DNA of 63,997 bases, counting the filler, from Rhabdomonas costata (taxonomy: Eukaryota): the NCBI GenBank assembly GCA_019059605.1. It is 39 parts of 39 records of this genome, joined end to end, with 100 filler letters (N's around TTAATTAATTAA, not from the genome) between each part and the next. Parts side by side here need not be neighbours in the genome. Positions count along the whole stretch, not along the records: positions 23,012 to 24,557 come from JAHMHO010013369.1; positions 24,658 to 26,201 come from JAHMHO010013370.1; positions 26,302 to 27,845 come from JAHMHO010013371.1; positions 27,946 to 29,489 come from JAHMHO010013372.1; positions 29,590 to 31,137 come from JAHMHO010013373.1; positions 31,238 to 32,781 come from JAHMHO010013374.1; positions 32,882 to 34,417 come from JAHMHO010013375.1; positions 34,518 to 36,061 come from JAHMHO010013376.1; 31 more parts are not named here. One strand, given 5' to 3'. Position numbers and translations under genes: made by a program. Shown here piece by piece: positions 23,715 to 36,361 of the stretch (position 1 is its first letter; each line of letters begins with the position of its first letter). A model generated the notes under the pieces. That model saw nothing but the letters and a program-made list of their open reading frames with translations. It did not search any database and was not told where the DNA came from.

Positions 23715-26700
23715 CCGTCATATGCAACCTTTGAGGCAGGCAACAAAATGTGCTGGGAAGTGCTGCCCCTCATCGAACGGGTGTGACAATTTCGGTTGGC
23801 TTCATTATATGCCAGCCTTTGATGTACGTGCCCATTGCACAATGAACAGGACAATGTGATACGGAACATGTCATCTTCGGATCGAAGTCTGATTTGGAAG
23901 CTAATGTGAAACGAGAGGAGGTGTGTTCGAAGATATTGGGCGCAATTCAGCGCGGTTTCCGTTTTTTCTGTAAATGAGTCTAGACAAAACAGGATTCAGG
24001 TAGTTTGTTTGTCGAGTGTTTCTTCCTGCGAATGTTTTGCTGCTGTGGTGTACGCACGTAAACCTAAATAAACTAGGTTGTGTTTTGCTCTTGTATACAT
24101 CCGTCGCCGCGTACACGAAACTGCATTCAAATCCCTTGCGCGTGCATTGCTTTCACAAAATTCTCTTCCCACACTGTGCGGTGGCAAAAAAATTCCCGCA
24201 GGATTTCGCACATTGCGGCTAATATCGTTGGCTACATCGCATTTTCCTGCTTTCAGGATTCTAGGCGCCTTCTTCCAACGCGCTGTACGGGGTCATGTTG
24301 CGGTGGAGATTTCCGGCGCAAAAGTCGTCAAAACGAAAGCGTCCCAAAATAGAAGTCCCCCAAGCGGGAACTTTGGCCCCCGTTTCAAACAAGCAAACGG
24401 GCCACAGCGGCCAAATGCCGGATGGATCCAGGCCCCAATCCGTGGTGGTGGTCCCTCCGCAGCAAGTACTGTGTTGGTTCGTACTTTTCCAGCGGAAACT
24501 TTGCTTTTTACTCCGCTGCCCGCTTTTTTTGCGGTGGAAGACGTCCTATCCCCGATANNNNNNNNNNNNNNNNNNNNNNNNNNNNNNNNNNNNNNNNNNN
24601 NTTAATTAATTAANNNNNNNNNNNNNNNNNNNNNNNNNNNNNNNNNNNNNNNNNNNNTGTGTGGTGTGTTTGGGGTTTGGGGTGTCCCCATTGATTCAAG
24701 CGGTGCCTTGCGGAACATGGCTGTTTGAAATGTCAAAAAGAATTGCATGAATGTGACGCACTGCACGCAGATCGTTGAGGTAGGCCTGGTTCTTCACGGT
24801 GAGGCGAGCATTTTCTGTGGTGAGCGCAATAAACAGGGTTTCTAAAAGTTTCAGACCACGAAACAGACAGATTTTCGCGCAGATTTCTCTCTCCCACCTT
24901 GAAACTGGAAAAAGTGGGCAAAACAATTGGCAACCCGTCATTATGACCAAGACATGGGTGCAAAACGCCAATTCCAGAACGCTTTGAGAGTCTCTGTCCA
25001 TACATTGGATAGGCTTATGTGGAAGCCGGTCCACCTGTGTATGAGAGAGAGCGGAACACAATCAAACCGGAAAGGCAATGAGAGGGAGGGGGCAGACGCG
25101 AGTGAACCACAACCCTGTTGCGGCACATCCAAAGCCAGCGGACACACCGTTTTCCAAAGCGACAAGCCTCTGAGTGAGCTGCCGCACATAGGGCGAGCGC
25201 CGGTCACTTGCAAACTCCTCTGCCAACATCTGGTCAGAGGCATCAAACACTGTGAAAACAACAAGGCAACAGTCAAGCGTTTGACTTCGGCGAATCCTCA
25301 GGAATACTCGGGTCAAATGGTCAAGAATGTGATTTTGCCCAAGCGAGAATGAAGGTAAGTTGGTTACTACCGGGACAGCAGCACGGCGCGAATGGGCGCA
25401 CGTCAAGGAGTGTAGGTGTGCATGTCTGGGGTGCATTTGATACGATAGGTGCGGATTAGCAAAGCGATTTTTCAAAAAGTGATTCAGTTCTTTCGCCAAG
25501 CAAGCACCAAAACACAACAGACCCCCCCCCCGGCAAAGCAAAAGGAAGGCCAAGACACAAAAAGCATGCGGCACCCTTTGAAGGAGAGTAAGTCACGTAG
25601 TCCTCGGGTGGCATCGGCATCTTCACGTAAGAAACTTGAGGAAGATGCTCAATAACGATGTGAAAAACAGCTGTCAGAACACAGTGTCACATGACCGGTT
25701 AGCTTGATGACTCCCCACCATTATGCATCAACGGGCTGCGGGCCGGAGTTGACCAAATGGTTCACTTAAACTCTGGGCTTCTCTTTTTGTCACTGCCACT
25801 GTCTCTCTCTCGCGCACGTCGAATTCTTGCCGGGGGACAGGAATGTCGAGCGAGAGGAGAAAGAGACCGCCTTGGGCTGGTTCCCTTTCCTGATTGCCTT
25901 TCTTCTTGCAGTGTTTGCAAAAGAAGATAGAGACCGCCATGGGCGGGTTCCGCCCTTGCTTGTTTGCACTTATGTTTACCATGGTTCATCCAAGTTCGCA
26001 GTGCAAAAGGTCCGGGGATGCGACGACGCAAGCGAGCTTGAAAAAAAAGAAGCCCCCTCAGAAAAATACCTTAATGACCGAAGGAGCAAAAACACCGAAA
26101 AAACACAGAAAAAACACAGAAAACCGATGAAAAATTTGAATTATCGGTTGTCACGCTCGATTACCGATTGCCTTGACTCCTGGAGGCGCCGAGTACCAAC
26201 ANNNNNNNNNNNNNNNNNNNNNNNNNNNNNNNNNNNNNNNNNNNNTTAATTAATTAANNNNNNNNNNNNNNNNNNNNNNNNNNNNNNNNNNNNNNNNNNN
26301 NTACCGAAGAAAGTGGAAGAATTGGGAATAATGTAGCAGAGGGAAGAGCAGAGGACGCAGAGGTAATGGATGTGTAATGGGTAGTTGAGTTGAGCGGACC
26401 TGCACTGCGCTGTACACTTCGAATACTCGCTATTTTAGAGGAGTGCGAGAAGTGCGATAGTCAAACACAGTTTTCCCCGCACCACCCACAGCGTTTCGTA
26501 ACGTTTCGTAGAGGGCGAAATTACGATCACAAGGGAAAGGTTTGGAATGTCCGCTGCCGTGCCGTTAATTTTGTGCAACCAGTTGGGTATTTCCGGGACT
26601 CCGCCCCGCAGGCATTGCTCAGTATCCAGGCGAATGGTATGCACAATTACGTGACGCTTCAGCCTCAGGTCTATTCAAAACAAACAGGTAGAGTTGCATG

Positions 26701-29300
26701 GGAAATAACAATGCCATGCTGGTCAACAGATACGTAAATGACCTGCGGAGTCCGCTAAGAAAGCAGGGCTGCAAACGGACATACCCATGGAGATACAGCT
26801 TCCATCGGGCAGGGTGTTGGGCGCAGAGGGCAACTCGTTGCACTCTCTAGCAGCACACAATGAAGAGGAAATCCAGCAAACCAGCACCCGCGGCTACACA
26901 GAAACAAACCTATTTACTCCATATCACCCCTTTGGCTATTACCCACATATTTCGAGGCAGTGACCGCGACTTTGAATACGGCGGTTGGGTGCGGGAAGGA
27001 GTGACAGCTGTCTTGCACATTTCTTGCGTGGGAACAGAAACCGGCAGCACGCAACACTTTGGTACATTGCTGTGATGTGCAGGTTCTACTGAAAAAGTTC
27101 CCTTTGATCTTTTTTGTCGCTTCGCATGCGCGCTTGAAATAAACGAAAGAGCAAAAAAGAAAAAACAACAAAATGTGCATTCAACAAAAACAGAACAGAG
27201 CTCCTTCACACGAACCCTCCAAGATGCAGTGGCGGACCACTATGAACGTTCTGCCAAGGCTGGGGTGAGTGAGGGTGAGTCAACATTTACACAGTGAAGA
27301 TCAGCGGATCGCGGGCCTTTTGCTACCACGTCATCCAGTCATCAAGCGACAAGCGAGGGCGAGATAGTAAAAAGGGGGAAGGGCGACAAAGCAGGTACGT
27401 TTCTGCCAGGGGGGTCTCGCTGACAGTGAGCAGCTGCTCCTTAATCCCCTCCGCGACTTCCTTAAATCCGGCGAAAGACCAAACATGGTCGTATACGGGG
27501 GAGGGAACAGCGAAAAAACTACAAACAACAAATAAAAATGCAGCTCGCAGCTGAGAATGAAAATTCCTTCTCACATCTACAGACTCAATATACTGCTGTC
27601 TATCAGGCTCTGGGCGGGATGAAAAAGAATAAGAAGAAACAGCAGGTTCCAGCAGCAGCCAAACAAAGAACCCTTCTCGAGGGAAATTTCCAAAGGTGAC
27701 CTTTTCATCCACTGCAACCCACCCACTCATCCACCACTGAGAGATGATGGACAAGCCGGCGCGGTTAGAAAAGAGCGAGAATTTCGCTCGTGAGGCTGAC
27801 GCTAGCAACACTCCGCACACGCGACCCTCCCCTACCCAACCACACNNNNNNNNNNNNNNNNNNNNNNNNNNNNNNNNNNNNNNNNNNNNTTAATTAATTA
27901 ANNNNNNNNNNNNNNNNNNNNNNNNNNNNNNNNNNNNNNNNNNNNGGGGTGTTGGGCAGGAGGGCATCCTGCAGACCTTTGAAGCTGGGGAAATGAAAAT
28001 GCAAGTCTATTACGAGGAGTAGTTAGGCTTATGGTATGAGTATGTTTGCATACGTTTGTGTGTGTTTGTACGCAAAAAAAAAAGACGGAGGAGAGCGGGA
28101 ATGAACGACGCCCAGTTCTCCATGCATGAACACCAAAGACATCTTCCCGTCATTGTCTCAAATCTCAAATCCCCGCAAAAACGTTCCTACCCACCATAAG
28201 AAGATATGCCCACCTCCCCATCGTCCAAGACGGGCGGAGCAAATGTCTGAACAAGAGAAGAACGAGTGGGAACGAGTGGGTGGTGTTTTGTCGGCCGAAA
28301 GGGGGCAAGCAAGTCGGGATCCGTCCCAGGCCAAAACACATTATCTATCGGGCTGCGAAGGGAATGCTGATCCGAATCGCAAGCGTTCCCCTTGCAGTCC
28401 ATTAGTTAGTGTACCCCCAAAACAAAGCACGCCTGTACAAAGTGGCGGGTCTTGCCAAGTGCAAAGAACACGCTACTAACCACGGGTGAGATGAGAGACG
28501 CGCCAAAAGTCCATCCAAGAGTGCATCGCGGTGCCCGGATTGTACGGTCAGGCCACGAAGTCAACCTCAGCCACTCTCTCCTCCAACGCGGCAAGGTGAT
28601 ACCAGGCCGCCACGAAGATAAGCACGGCACAATATCGGAATATCTCGCCTGGCAATCCCTTTACTTCTAATTCAGGGGAAAAGCAGCTAGTGTCACTGTG
28701 CCCGGTTGCCCGCCTTTCTCTGTTGCCATCCATAAATAATAAAGTGGGGTATGCCAAGAAACCCATTGTTTGTGCTACAACTTTGTCGGTGGCTGGCATT
28801 TAACATCGCGGTATATCACTCGTGAATCCGCCCTCGGAAAAAGACCGCAACCGGTGCCAGTGCCAGTGCACCACTTTACCAGAACAAAATGGCCGGTCCG
28901 GTTTAAGAAAGAGGGCACATCTAAAACAGGCTGGTTTGTCGAAATGAAAGGCGCTTGCCTGGCCGCTGGTGAAGGGGTCCGCAGGCAGGAGATGCAAATA
29001 GATCCCTAGAACAGAGCATTAACAAAAACCCAAAGCCGAATTCGGAATTCCTAATTTGAAAAACGCAATTAAAAAGGCAATTGAACATTTACTCTATGGC
29101 GTCTAAAATTAAGCCCAAAGATGGAGAAAGGCGGAACGTCCTCCCAGGTAAATTCATTTTCAAAGTGTCCAAACACTGTATTGCATCTCAAATGCAATGC
29201 AAAAATATATCACGAGACGCCTTCTGTTGCATGGCAAACCTACAGCGAGAAAGGAGGGGAAGGGGGGCACAGTCAAAGGACCACTGTTGGAGCGGCTACA

Positions 29301-29430
29301 GGAGATGGGGTAGACTTCGATGGCGGCCTGACCGTGATCGGTACTGCGGCGGCGCCGCACCACGATGGCAGCTCCAAACATAACCAGAGCAAACCCCACA
29401 ATCCCCGCAATGGAGCGGCCAGAGAGCTCG
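29301..29430 (-). CDS. Exon encoding a single TM helix followed by a basic stop-transfer segment
   Basis: cacag|..SIAGIVGFALVMFGAAIVVRRRRSTDH...|gtagcc. Confidence 0.4.
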
Positions 29431-29705
29431 CTGTGTGCCAGAAAAACCCAAACACGCCTACAACGCTTTGCACACACACCAACAAAACANNNNNNNNNNN
29501 NNNNNNNNNNNNNNNNNNNNNNNNNNNNNNNNNTTAATTAATTAANNNNNNNNNNNNNNNNNNNNNNNNNNNNNNNNNNNNNNNNNNNNAATGCCCTTCG
29601 TGTCGTCCAGCACGAACAGCAGCACCGTGAACGCGCCAAAAAACCAACAGGTGTGCAGAACAAGCAGCACAAGGACACGCCACAGCACACCGCGCCAAGG
29701 CGCCA

Positions 29706-29731
29706 TGTGTGTGTGTGTGTGTGTGTGTGTG
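29706..29731 (+). repeat. (TG)n microsatellite
   Basis: Read directly. Similar simple repeats at 29992-30010 (GA)n, 49182-49208 (CA)n and 60645-60670 (GGAGA)n. Confidence 0.9.
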
Positions 29732-30074
29732 CGCGGAAGATTTGGTTGTGCGGGTCTATAATTTTGCATTGGGGCAAGCTGATGACAGGAACGCACGTCG
29801 GAGTCATGGAAAGTAGCCTGCATTTGGAAATGAAAGAAGCACAATAATAATGGTGTTCTATTCAATCACAAAGCGCAAGAGAAAACGTTCTTCATTCACA
29901 GGGCACATGGTCGTTCAATTCGCAACCAAAACGCCAGCGAAATAAAAAAAATCCTGCAAATTGCACGTAATGGAGACAATCAGACAATTGAAGAGAGAGA
30001 GAGAGAGAGACGAGACATAAACGCTAGGCAAGAACCCTGACCCAAAAACCCGTGGCGCTTGTGGTAGGGTTCAC

Positions 30075-30771
30075 CTTGCTCAAGGTGATGTTCAGACAAC
30101 CATCATTCACAGACCATGTCGAGCCATCGGCTTTGACCGGCTTATAAGGCGCCCCAGACAAGGTGGGTGTCTGGCCCTTCAGCCCAGCAGAAATGTGGGA
30201 ACGAGTGATTTCGACTGCAAGCTGCGAACAAAAACATGAAGCCAGATAGTTTAGAAACACTATTTTGATACAGAGAGCAAGAAAGCCTTCGCAGGGGTGA
30301 CTTTTGTGGATGAAAGCCATTTGGCAACTTGGGATAGGGAAGAAAATAGTCAAGTGGAGGAAGATTTATTTCATTTCATTTCATTTCAGATCTTTCACTC
30401 ACAAGCAAAAGCGCAAAACGACAACTGTAGCAAAGAATGGGAGGCTGCTGTTTTGCTTCCTCTGAAGAAAGCTACAACCTCAAGGGCATTTTTGAGTTTG
30501 CCACATGCACACCAATTCATTCACGCTTGTACGAAGCACAAGAATGGGCGCAAACCTGCTTGGCTTTTGTCCCAGGAGGAAGAGGAATGCGCACCGAAAT
30601 CTCATCCGCATCTTGAGTCCAAGAATATCCCACCTCCTCGTGCACCGTCTCCTCCATCTTTTGCTTCATGTCTCCAAACATGCTTTTCGCTTCATAGATC
30701 CTCTGCATCTTGTCTTTGCCAAAAATCTTCTCTGCTTGATAAGGGGTCATGGTGGGCTCCGACTCCGACAT
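30075..30771 (-). CDS. NudC-like CS-domain co-chaperone, first two exons
   Basis: Exon 30771-30556 (MSESE...GYSWTQDADEISVRIPLPPGTKAKQ) plus exon 30221-30075 (LAVEITRSHISAGLKGQTPTLSG..YKPVKADGSTWSVNDGCLNITLSK). This has the CS-domain YxWxQ...STW...L.I.L.K pattern; the GT-AG intron is phase 0. Confidence 0.9.
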
Positions 30772-31507
30772 CGTTTCAATGAAGCCGTTTCAATGAAGCG
30801 AGTAAGGAGAAAAGTCGTCAACAAAGGCGCTGAAACAAGTCCAAAGGGATGCCACACGAGATGCTTCAGCGCGGTGATATATTAACGGTTGCTGCTGAAA
30901 ATTCTCTCAAAAGACTACAGTGGGCGAACAAAATGTTGACAGTTAACACTATCGTCTTTTTTTATACCTCAGTACCAGTACCAGGGGGGGGGGCAGGCCA
31001 AGGCCGCAGCTCGCTGTCTTGCTATCGGCTCTGCTGCTGCTCCCTCTCCTTAAGCGGGGAGGGGAAGGTAATTGTTGATTCATTCCCTATATTTGACCCC
31101 CAACTTGAGTAAAGTTTTCCAGGTGTGTGTGTGTGCGNNNNNNNNNNNNNNNNNNNNNNNNNNNNNNNNNNNNNNNNNNNNTTAATTAATTAANNNNNNN
31201 NNNNNNNNNNNNNNNNNNNNNNNNNNNNNNNNNNNNNTGTTGTGAACTGTGCTTCTCTGTCTTTTTTTTTTACCAGAGGAGCACAGTTTTTTGCCAGAAG
31301 TTCGGTCATATACATACACTCTGGAAAAAAACTGTGCTCCTCTGGTAAAAAAAAAGACAGAGAAGCACAGTTCACAAGGCCGCCGCCGCAGAGAGAGAGA
31401 ATCAAAGAAGACGCTCCAGGGCATGACCCGAGGTCGGGGGTGGCATTTGGGTGGCTCTGAACCGAAATTTTAATACCTCTAGTCTACACATAGGAGCACA
31501 TCCACAC

Positions 31508-32329
31508 CGTTGAAGTCCAAGCGGCTGACCAACGCCTCAGGGACAAGCTGGTACACCCTCCCCCGGGACCCCAGAAGCTCATTCCGTACGACATCCAGCA
31601 GGAACAGCGCGTCACGCGGGCCATTCTCGAGGATTCCTTGGTCTGCAGGGGGGGGGGGCAGGAGAGACCGGCCAGCACTCATTGAAAGCGGGTCATTATC
31701 ACCCCTCGCCCACCAAATTTGCTGCAGCCCGACCCCAATTTCAGCAAGGCGCTGCTTTTCAGCACCATCGCACGTTGACCTATCCCCAACCCTGGCCACC
31801 CAAAACGAATACCTACAACGACTGGTGTGCCGTAGAACAGAGCCAACTCCTGCAGCAGGCGGGCCTGCTGCACAAGGGGGCCCAGCACCTGCGTGGCAGA
31901 GGGGTTGGCGCAAGAATCAAAGTGTGCGGCCCTTGTATGAGAGGAAATCACTTGACGAGCGCGTCAGCACAAAAAAACGGATTAAAGAGAGAGAAACCTT
32001 CTCCGAAAACAAAACGTTCAAGCCAAACGCCAAATCACCGCCGCGCGAGTATCAAAGGAAGTGAGTTTCACCGCTGACTGGCGGTGTCAAGGGATAAGCG
32101 ATTGTCAAAGCGACAGCCATTCGACATTGACCAGAAACTGGCCATGACATCAGAAAAGGTCGCAATAATGCCAGTACTGCACAAAGGAACACGCAAACAC
32201 GACCGAGAAAACGGAGAGCGCTTCGCAGCCGATCGAGGTGTAAATGCCCTGACCGTGCACGATGCCAATTCTCAGCTGCAAGGTCGAGCCCCGCGTTGCC
32301 TGCAGGAACTTCACCGCCAGCTCGCAGGC
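31508..32329 (-). CDS. Class III nucleotide cyclase-like domain, catalytically degenerate (partial)
   Basis: Exons 32329-32204, 31888-31813 and 31642-31508 splice in phase: ACELAVKFLQATRGSTLQLRIGIVHGQGIYTSIGCEALSVFS-VLGPLVQQARLLQELALFYGTPVVV-DQGILENGPRDALFLLDVV...RVYQL. This follows the RIGIxxG..GxIG..VxGxxVNxAxRL..YGxxIxV layout. Confidence 0.78.
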
Positions 32330-33656
32330 CTGCACCCAAATGCAAAACTTCCCTTTTCGCGGCAATTCAAAGGGAGGATCAAGCTCAGTATGCAGGCCTG
32401 AAAAGACGACCAAAATCAAGATGTCTACTTATCCCCTTTTGCCGCCTTCTGCCAGAAAAAACATAGTACCCAAAGCACGACCACATTGGATCAATCAGCG
32501 CCACTGCAATGCACCCGTGCGTCACGGATTCCGCCAAGCCGTCCATATATCCGAAGGCGAGGATCTCACCGGGAAAAGGGCCTCCTGTATTCTCTCCACC
32601 ACGCCAGTTGGAATGCACCAGACATACAAACGTAAATGTCACTAAAAACAAACACATCAGAAAGAAAACCATGGGGCAGTGTCAAGCAACTTCCCTTCCC
32701 TCCACTGTACGTAAGTTGAGGCTGGGCACACAGTCGCACTTTTCTGAGCATAGCACATTGAAGTGCGACTGTGTGCCCAACNNNNNNNNNNNNNNNNNNN
32801 NNNNNNNNNNNNNNNNNNNNNNNNNTTAATTAATTAANNNNNNNNNNNNNNNNNNNNNNNNNNNNNNNNNNNNNNNNNNNNGGGTTTTTGGCGGGGGAAC
32901 ACCCTAAGCGGGCGGCGTCATAATTTTGGTTAAAAATTTTGGGTCCCTCTCCATTTCACTCCATTTAAATCATAAAATGCACTGCCCAGATAAAAATGTG
33001 GCCCCGGTTTCTGGAGGGCAGTGGCAGCCGAAATAAATCGTTGGATTCAGATGACTGCTTCCGGGCACGTGCACATCCATTCTCACTCGTGTGTGTGCGT
33101 GTGCATCGTTTCCCCGAATCGCAATGAAAGCATAATTACTTCAGCCTTGCCTTGTATCTTGTCTTCTGCCACTCCTCAAACACCAATCTTAATTTGTATT
33201 GTGTGGTAAAATCAATTTGCATAGCAAGGAAGTGAGCCAACACGGAACAGACAGCAAGGGAAGAATATCAGCCACTAGAAGAGAAAAGCTCCGAAAAAAA
33301 GTACAACTCGCATTTATCTTCCCTGCCGATGTCCCTTAGATCTCGCTCCGATGACATTGCCCATCTCTTACCCGAACCACCCCACCTGTTTCCCGCTGGG
33401 GTCTTGTGCACTTGGCTCGCGTCACCTCAAATATAAGAAGTGCCCGTCCATAATCCATTTAAGCTTCTAAGTCCAAAAAGCGCACATCTTCTTGGGAGTG
33501 ACTTTTTGATGGGAACAGGACTATATTATCTACCCACCCTCCCATTCACACAGCTTACATTTCTAAAAGAAAGAAACGTATTTAGTATGTCGCGGTGTGG
33601 GTTCAAGCTGGTCAAGTAATAAGTACAGCACCCCCCCTCCCCAACCCGCACACACC

Positions 33657-33875
33657 CGTGTCGTCGGTGAAGCCCTCGAACTCCTCCTCATCATAGTCCA
33701 CCCCCCGGAACCGGCGGAAGCCTTGCTTTCCTTCCGGGGTGTCAGACTTCCCTGCATCAACCTCGTCCGCACCACTCGAGCCCCGAGGGAGACGCTCCGC
33801 ATCCCCACTCGCATCGTCCTCAACTACGCGCGATGACTGTGGCCGGGACCCCGCAGGGCCAGTGCCCAGCTCTAT
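33657..33875 (-). CDS. Internal exon of unknown acidic low-complexity protein
   Basis: GC-rich segment bounded by ctgcag| and |gtgtgt, encoding IELGTGPAGSRPQ...GVDYDEEEFEGFTDDT. Confidence 0.45.
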
Positions 33876-35265
33876 CTGCAGGCATACAGGTCCAAAAAAA
33901 AATACAAGGCGGAGGGACACCGAATAAAAAGGGAAGAGCTAAAGAAGAACCAACAAAAAGGAGCTTGGTACAGCCGAAAAGGTGCAAATTGACAAATTGA
34001 CGCTAGGGAGAGGGGGAGAGTGGTAACGGTGACCACTGGTATTTTTTGCTTTTCAACCCAACCAAAAAAGAAGTGGGTAAAGGCCCCCTCAGGTCACGTT
34101 CCCGGCCCAGCCGCCCACTCCGGCCTTTCGCTGGCCTTCAGTCCTAAACTAATGCTGTCCTACTCGTCCGCCAATATCCCAGCCAGAAGTTTTCACGTCA
34201 AATCTGGTGCTGGCTAAGGACTCACTTAGCCAGCACCAGATTTGACGTGCAAACCAAGAATACTCATCGAGGGAACACTTGCGCAGTTCACCTAACCTTC
34301 TAACAGGAATGAGCGCGAAGATCACGAATCACCCCGCTCCCTTCCTGTAGACGCCGAGCGCGCAGCAGCACCTCAGCCACCGCAACACCGTGGCCACGGG
34401 CAGGTAGTTGGCGGTCANNNNNNNNNNNNNNNNNNNNNNNNNNNNNNNNNNNNNNNNNNNNTTAATTAATTAANNNNNNNNNNNNNNNNNNNNNNNNNNN
34501 NNNNNNNNNNNNNNNNNAAGTACAGCCCAACAGAAGCACAAAGAAAACGTAAGAGGGAAAGAGCAATGCAAAGGTGAAGGTCTGGACCCTTGGAGTGGAA
34601 GGGCGGAAAACCAAGGGAAAGCGCATTCGTTTCAGAAATAGCGGTTTGGGCGGTCATCATCACTGTGAGAACAAACTGCCGTTTGCCTGGAGCGTTTGTG
34701 GTGCTTCAGTCGAAGCACAGGAAAGTTTTTTTGGGGTGGGGGAATGAGTGGGAAGCATGAGCGGAGAGAGGGAACATCGGTGTTATTGTGTGTGTGTGTG
34801 CGCGCTGGGGTGCACAAGCCGGATCGGCCAGGCGCTGTGCCACTTACCCAACAAGGAAAGAAAGGCAAGTGGGGTTTGGTCGGAGTCGGCTCGCAAAACA
34901 GCCTTGCGTCCGAAGACGAAGGGCAGGCATGCCAGGACCCCCGACAACCCACACTCGAACTGAGAGAGGGGAGAGAAAGAGAGGGGGAGAAAAGTCTGAC
35001 GAGATCTCTACCAAAGCTTATAGCATACGACAACGGTGGTTATTGCGAGGGTGTGGGCAGAGCCAGGCGACAATCAGGAGAAAGTTCCGGTCCACCTTGA
35101 CAGCTGCAGGGATACGAGAGAAAGAGAGAGAGACGCACACATAAGAATAGCAGGCAATCGCTAGGACCACCCGGGCCAACCTCAGTAACGCAGTGAGCCT
35201 CGAGTAAGGCAACGGGGGGGGGTCCCTATTTTCGGAGCTCTCCCTATATTCTCTTACGCGGACAC

Positions 35266-35385
35266 CGTGCACACGAACTTCGCGTACATCAGGTCGGAGA
35301 ATACCCAGATCGGCAGGCAGCTGGAGCCGTCCGGGGGAAAGCTCTGGGTGGAGGTGGCGGTGCTGGGGCACCCCGTGGTGTTCCA
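35266..35385 (-). CDS. Internal exon of unknown Cys-containing, probably extracellular protein
   Basis: ttcag|WNTTGCPSTATSTQSFPPDGSSCLPIWVFSDLMYAKFVCT|gtgtcc; high GC3. Confidence 0.45.
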
Positions 35386-36361
35386 CTGAACAATGCAAAC
35401 ACGGTGTCCGCGAACCACCAAGACAGAAAGGTAAATGGATGCGAAAAAGATCCCCGTACCCAAGCTTCAAAAATCAGGGGACCCGCACGTGCATTTCCAT
35501 TTTCGTATTTGCAAGACATCCTGGACAAAGTCCCAGGAAGCATCTGCACCGCACACCGGACCCCTGCAAAGTCTACTGTAATTCGGTAATTCTCTGTCTC
35601 CTAGCAAGGCCCCCCAGAGCACTGGTTCACATTTGAGAAATGGTGACCATAGGGAGGCGAGCCAAAATGTACTAGCGCTAAAAAAGCATGGTGCTGATGA
35701 AAGCATGGTGGTTTGCGATCGAGCAATAAAGCGAAAGATTAGGGTTAGGTTATTGGTTTACAGACTAGGAGCCGGATGAGAGCACGGAAGAGACGAAACA
35801 AGCGGGCATGCAGCCATTCGAGGTCACATGCTTCTTAATTCTTGCACTATGGAATCGCCGCTTCCTTGCGACTGTATTTTTTGATAGGTCATAATTTCGG
35901 GCACAAAAACAGAAAGTATCCAGTTGTGCTCATGTAGCACTGAGCGAGCTGAAGAGCAAATTTTAGCAGTTGGAACATTCATCTCAAGTGAACAACTCAA
36001 CTCGAACGCAAATACCATTTGGAATTGCACCAGCGCCATCGTTGCAGACTGCAAACCACAANNNNNNNNNNNNNNNNNNNNNNNNNNNNNNNNNNNNNNN
36101 NNNNNTTAATTAATTAANNNNNNNNNNNNNNNNNNNNNNNNNNNNNNNNNNNNNNNNNNNNGGGGTGGTGGATGACGTGCTTTGTTGGAATACTTGACAA
36201 GCGACGATTGTGTGATCGTTTCCTGTCCATCTGAATGTTGTGCGGTTTTCCAATGAAAAAGTCGATTCCCCATGCCCCCCAAAAAATTTCCGCAACAGCA
36301 GTGCCGTGCACGTACGGGTCCTAGCAGGTGCTCGTTTTTGTGTTTTTGTGTGTGATAATAG

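Noticed and set aside
35694-35737. CTGATGA...GAAA as a hammerhead ribozyme core
   Set aside because: No closing stem II pair and no flanking stems I/III.
35739-35749. TTAGGGTTAGG telomere-like sequence
   Set aside because: Fewer than two units and internal; expected by chance.
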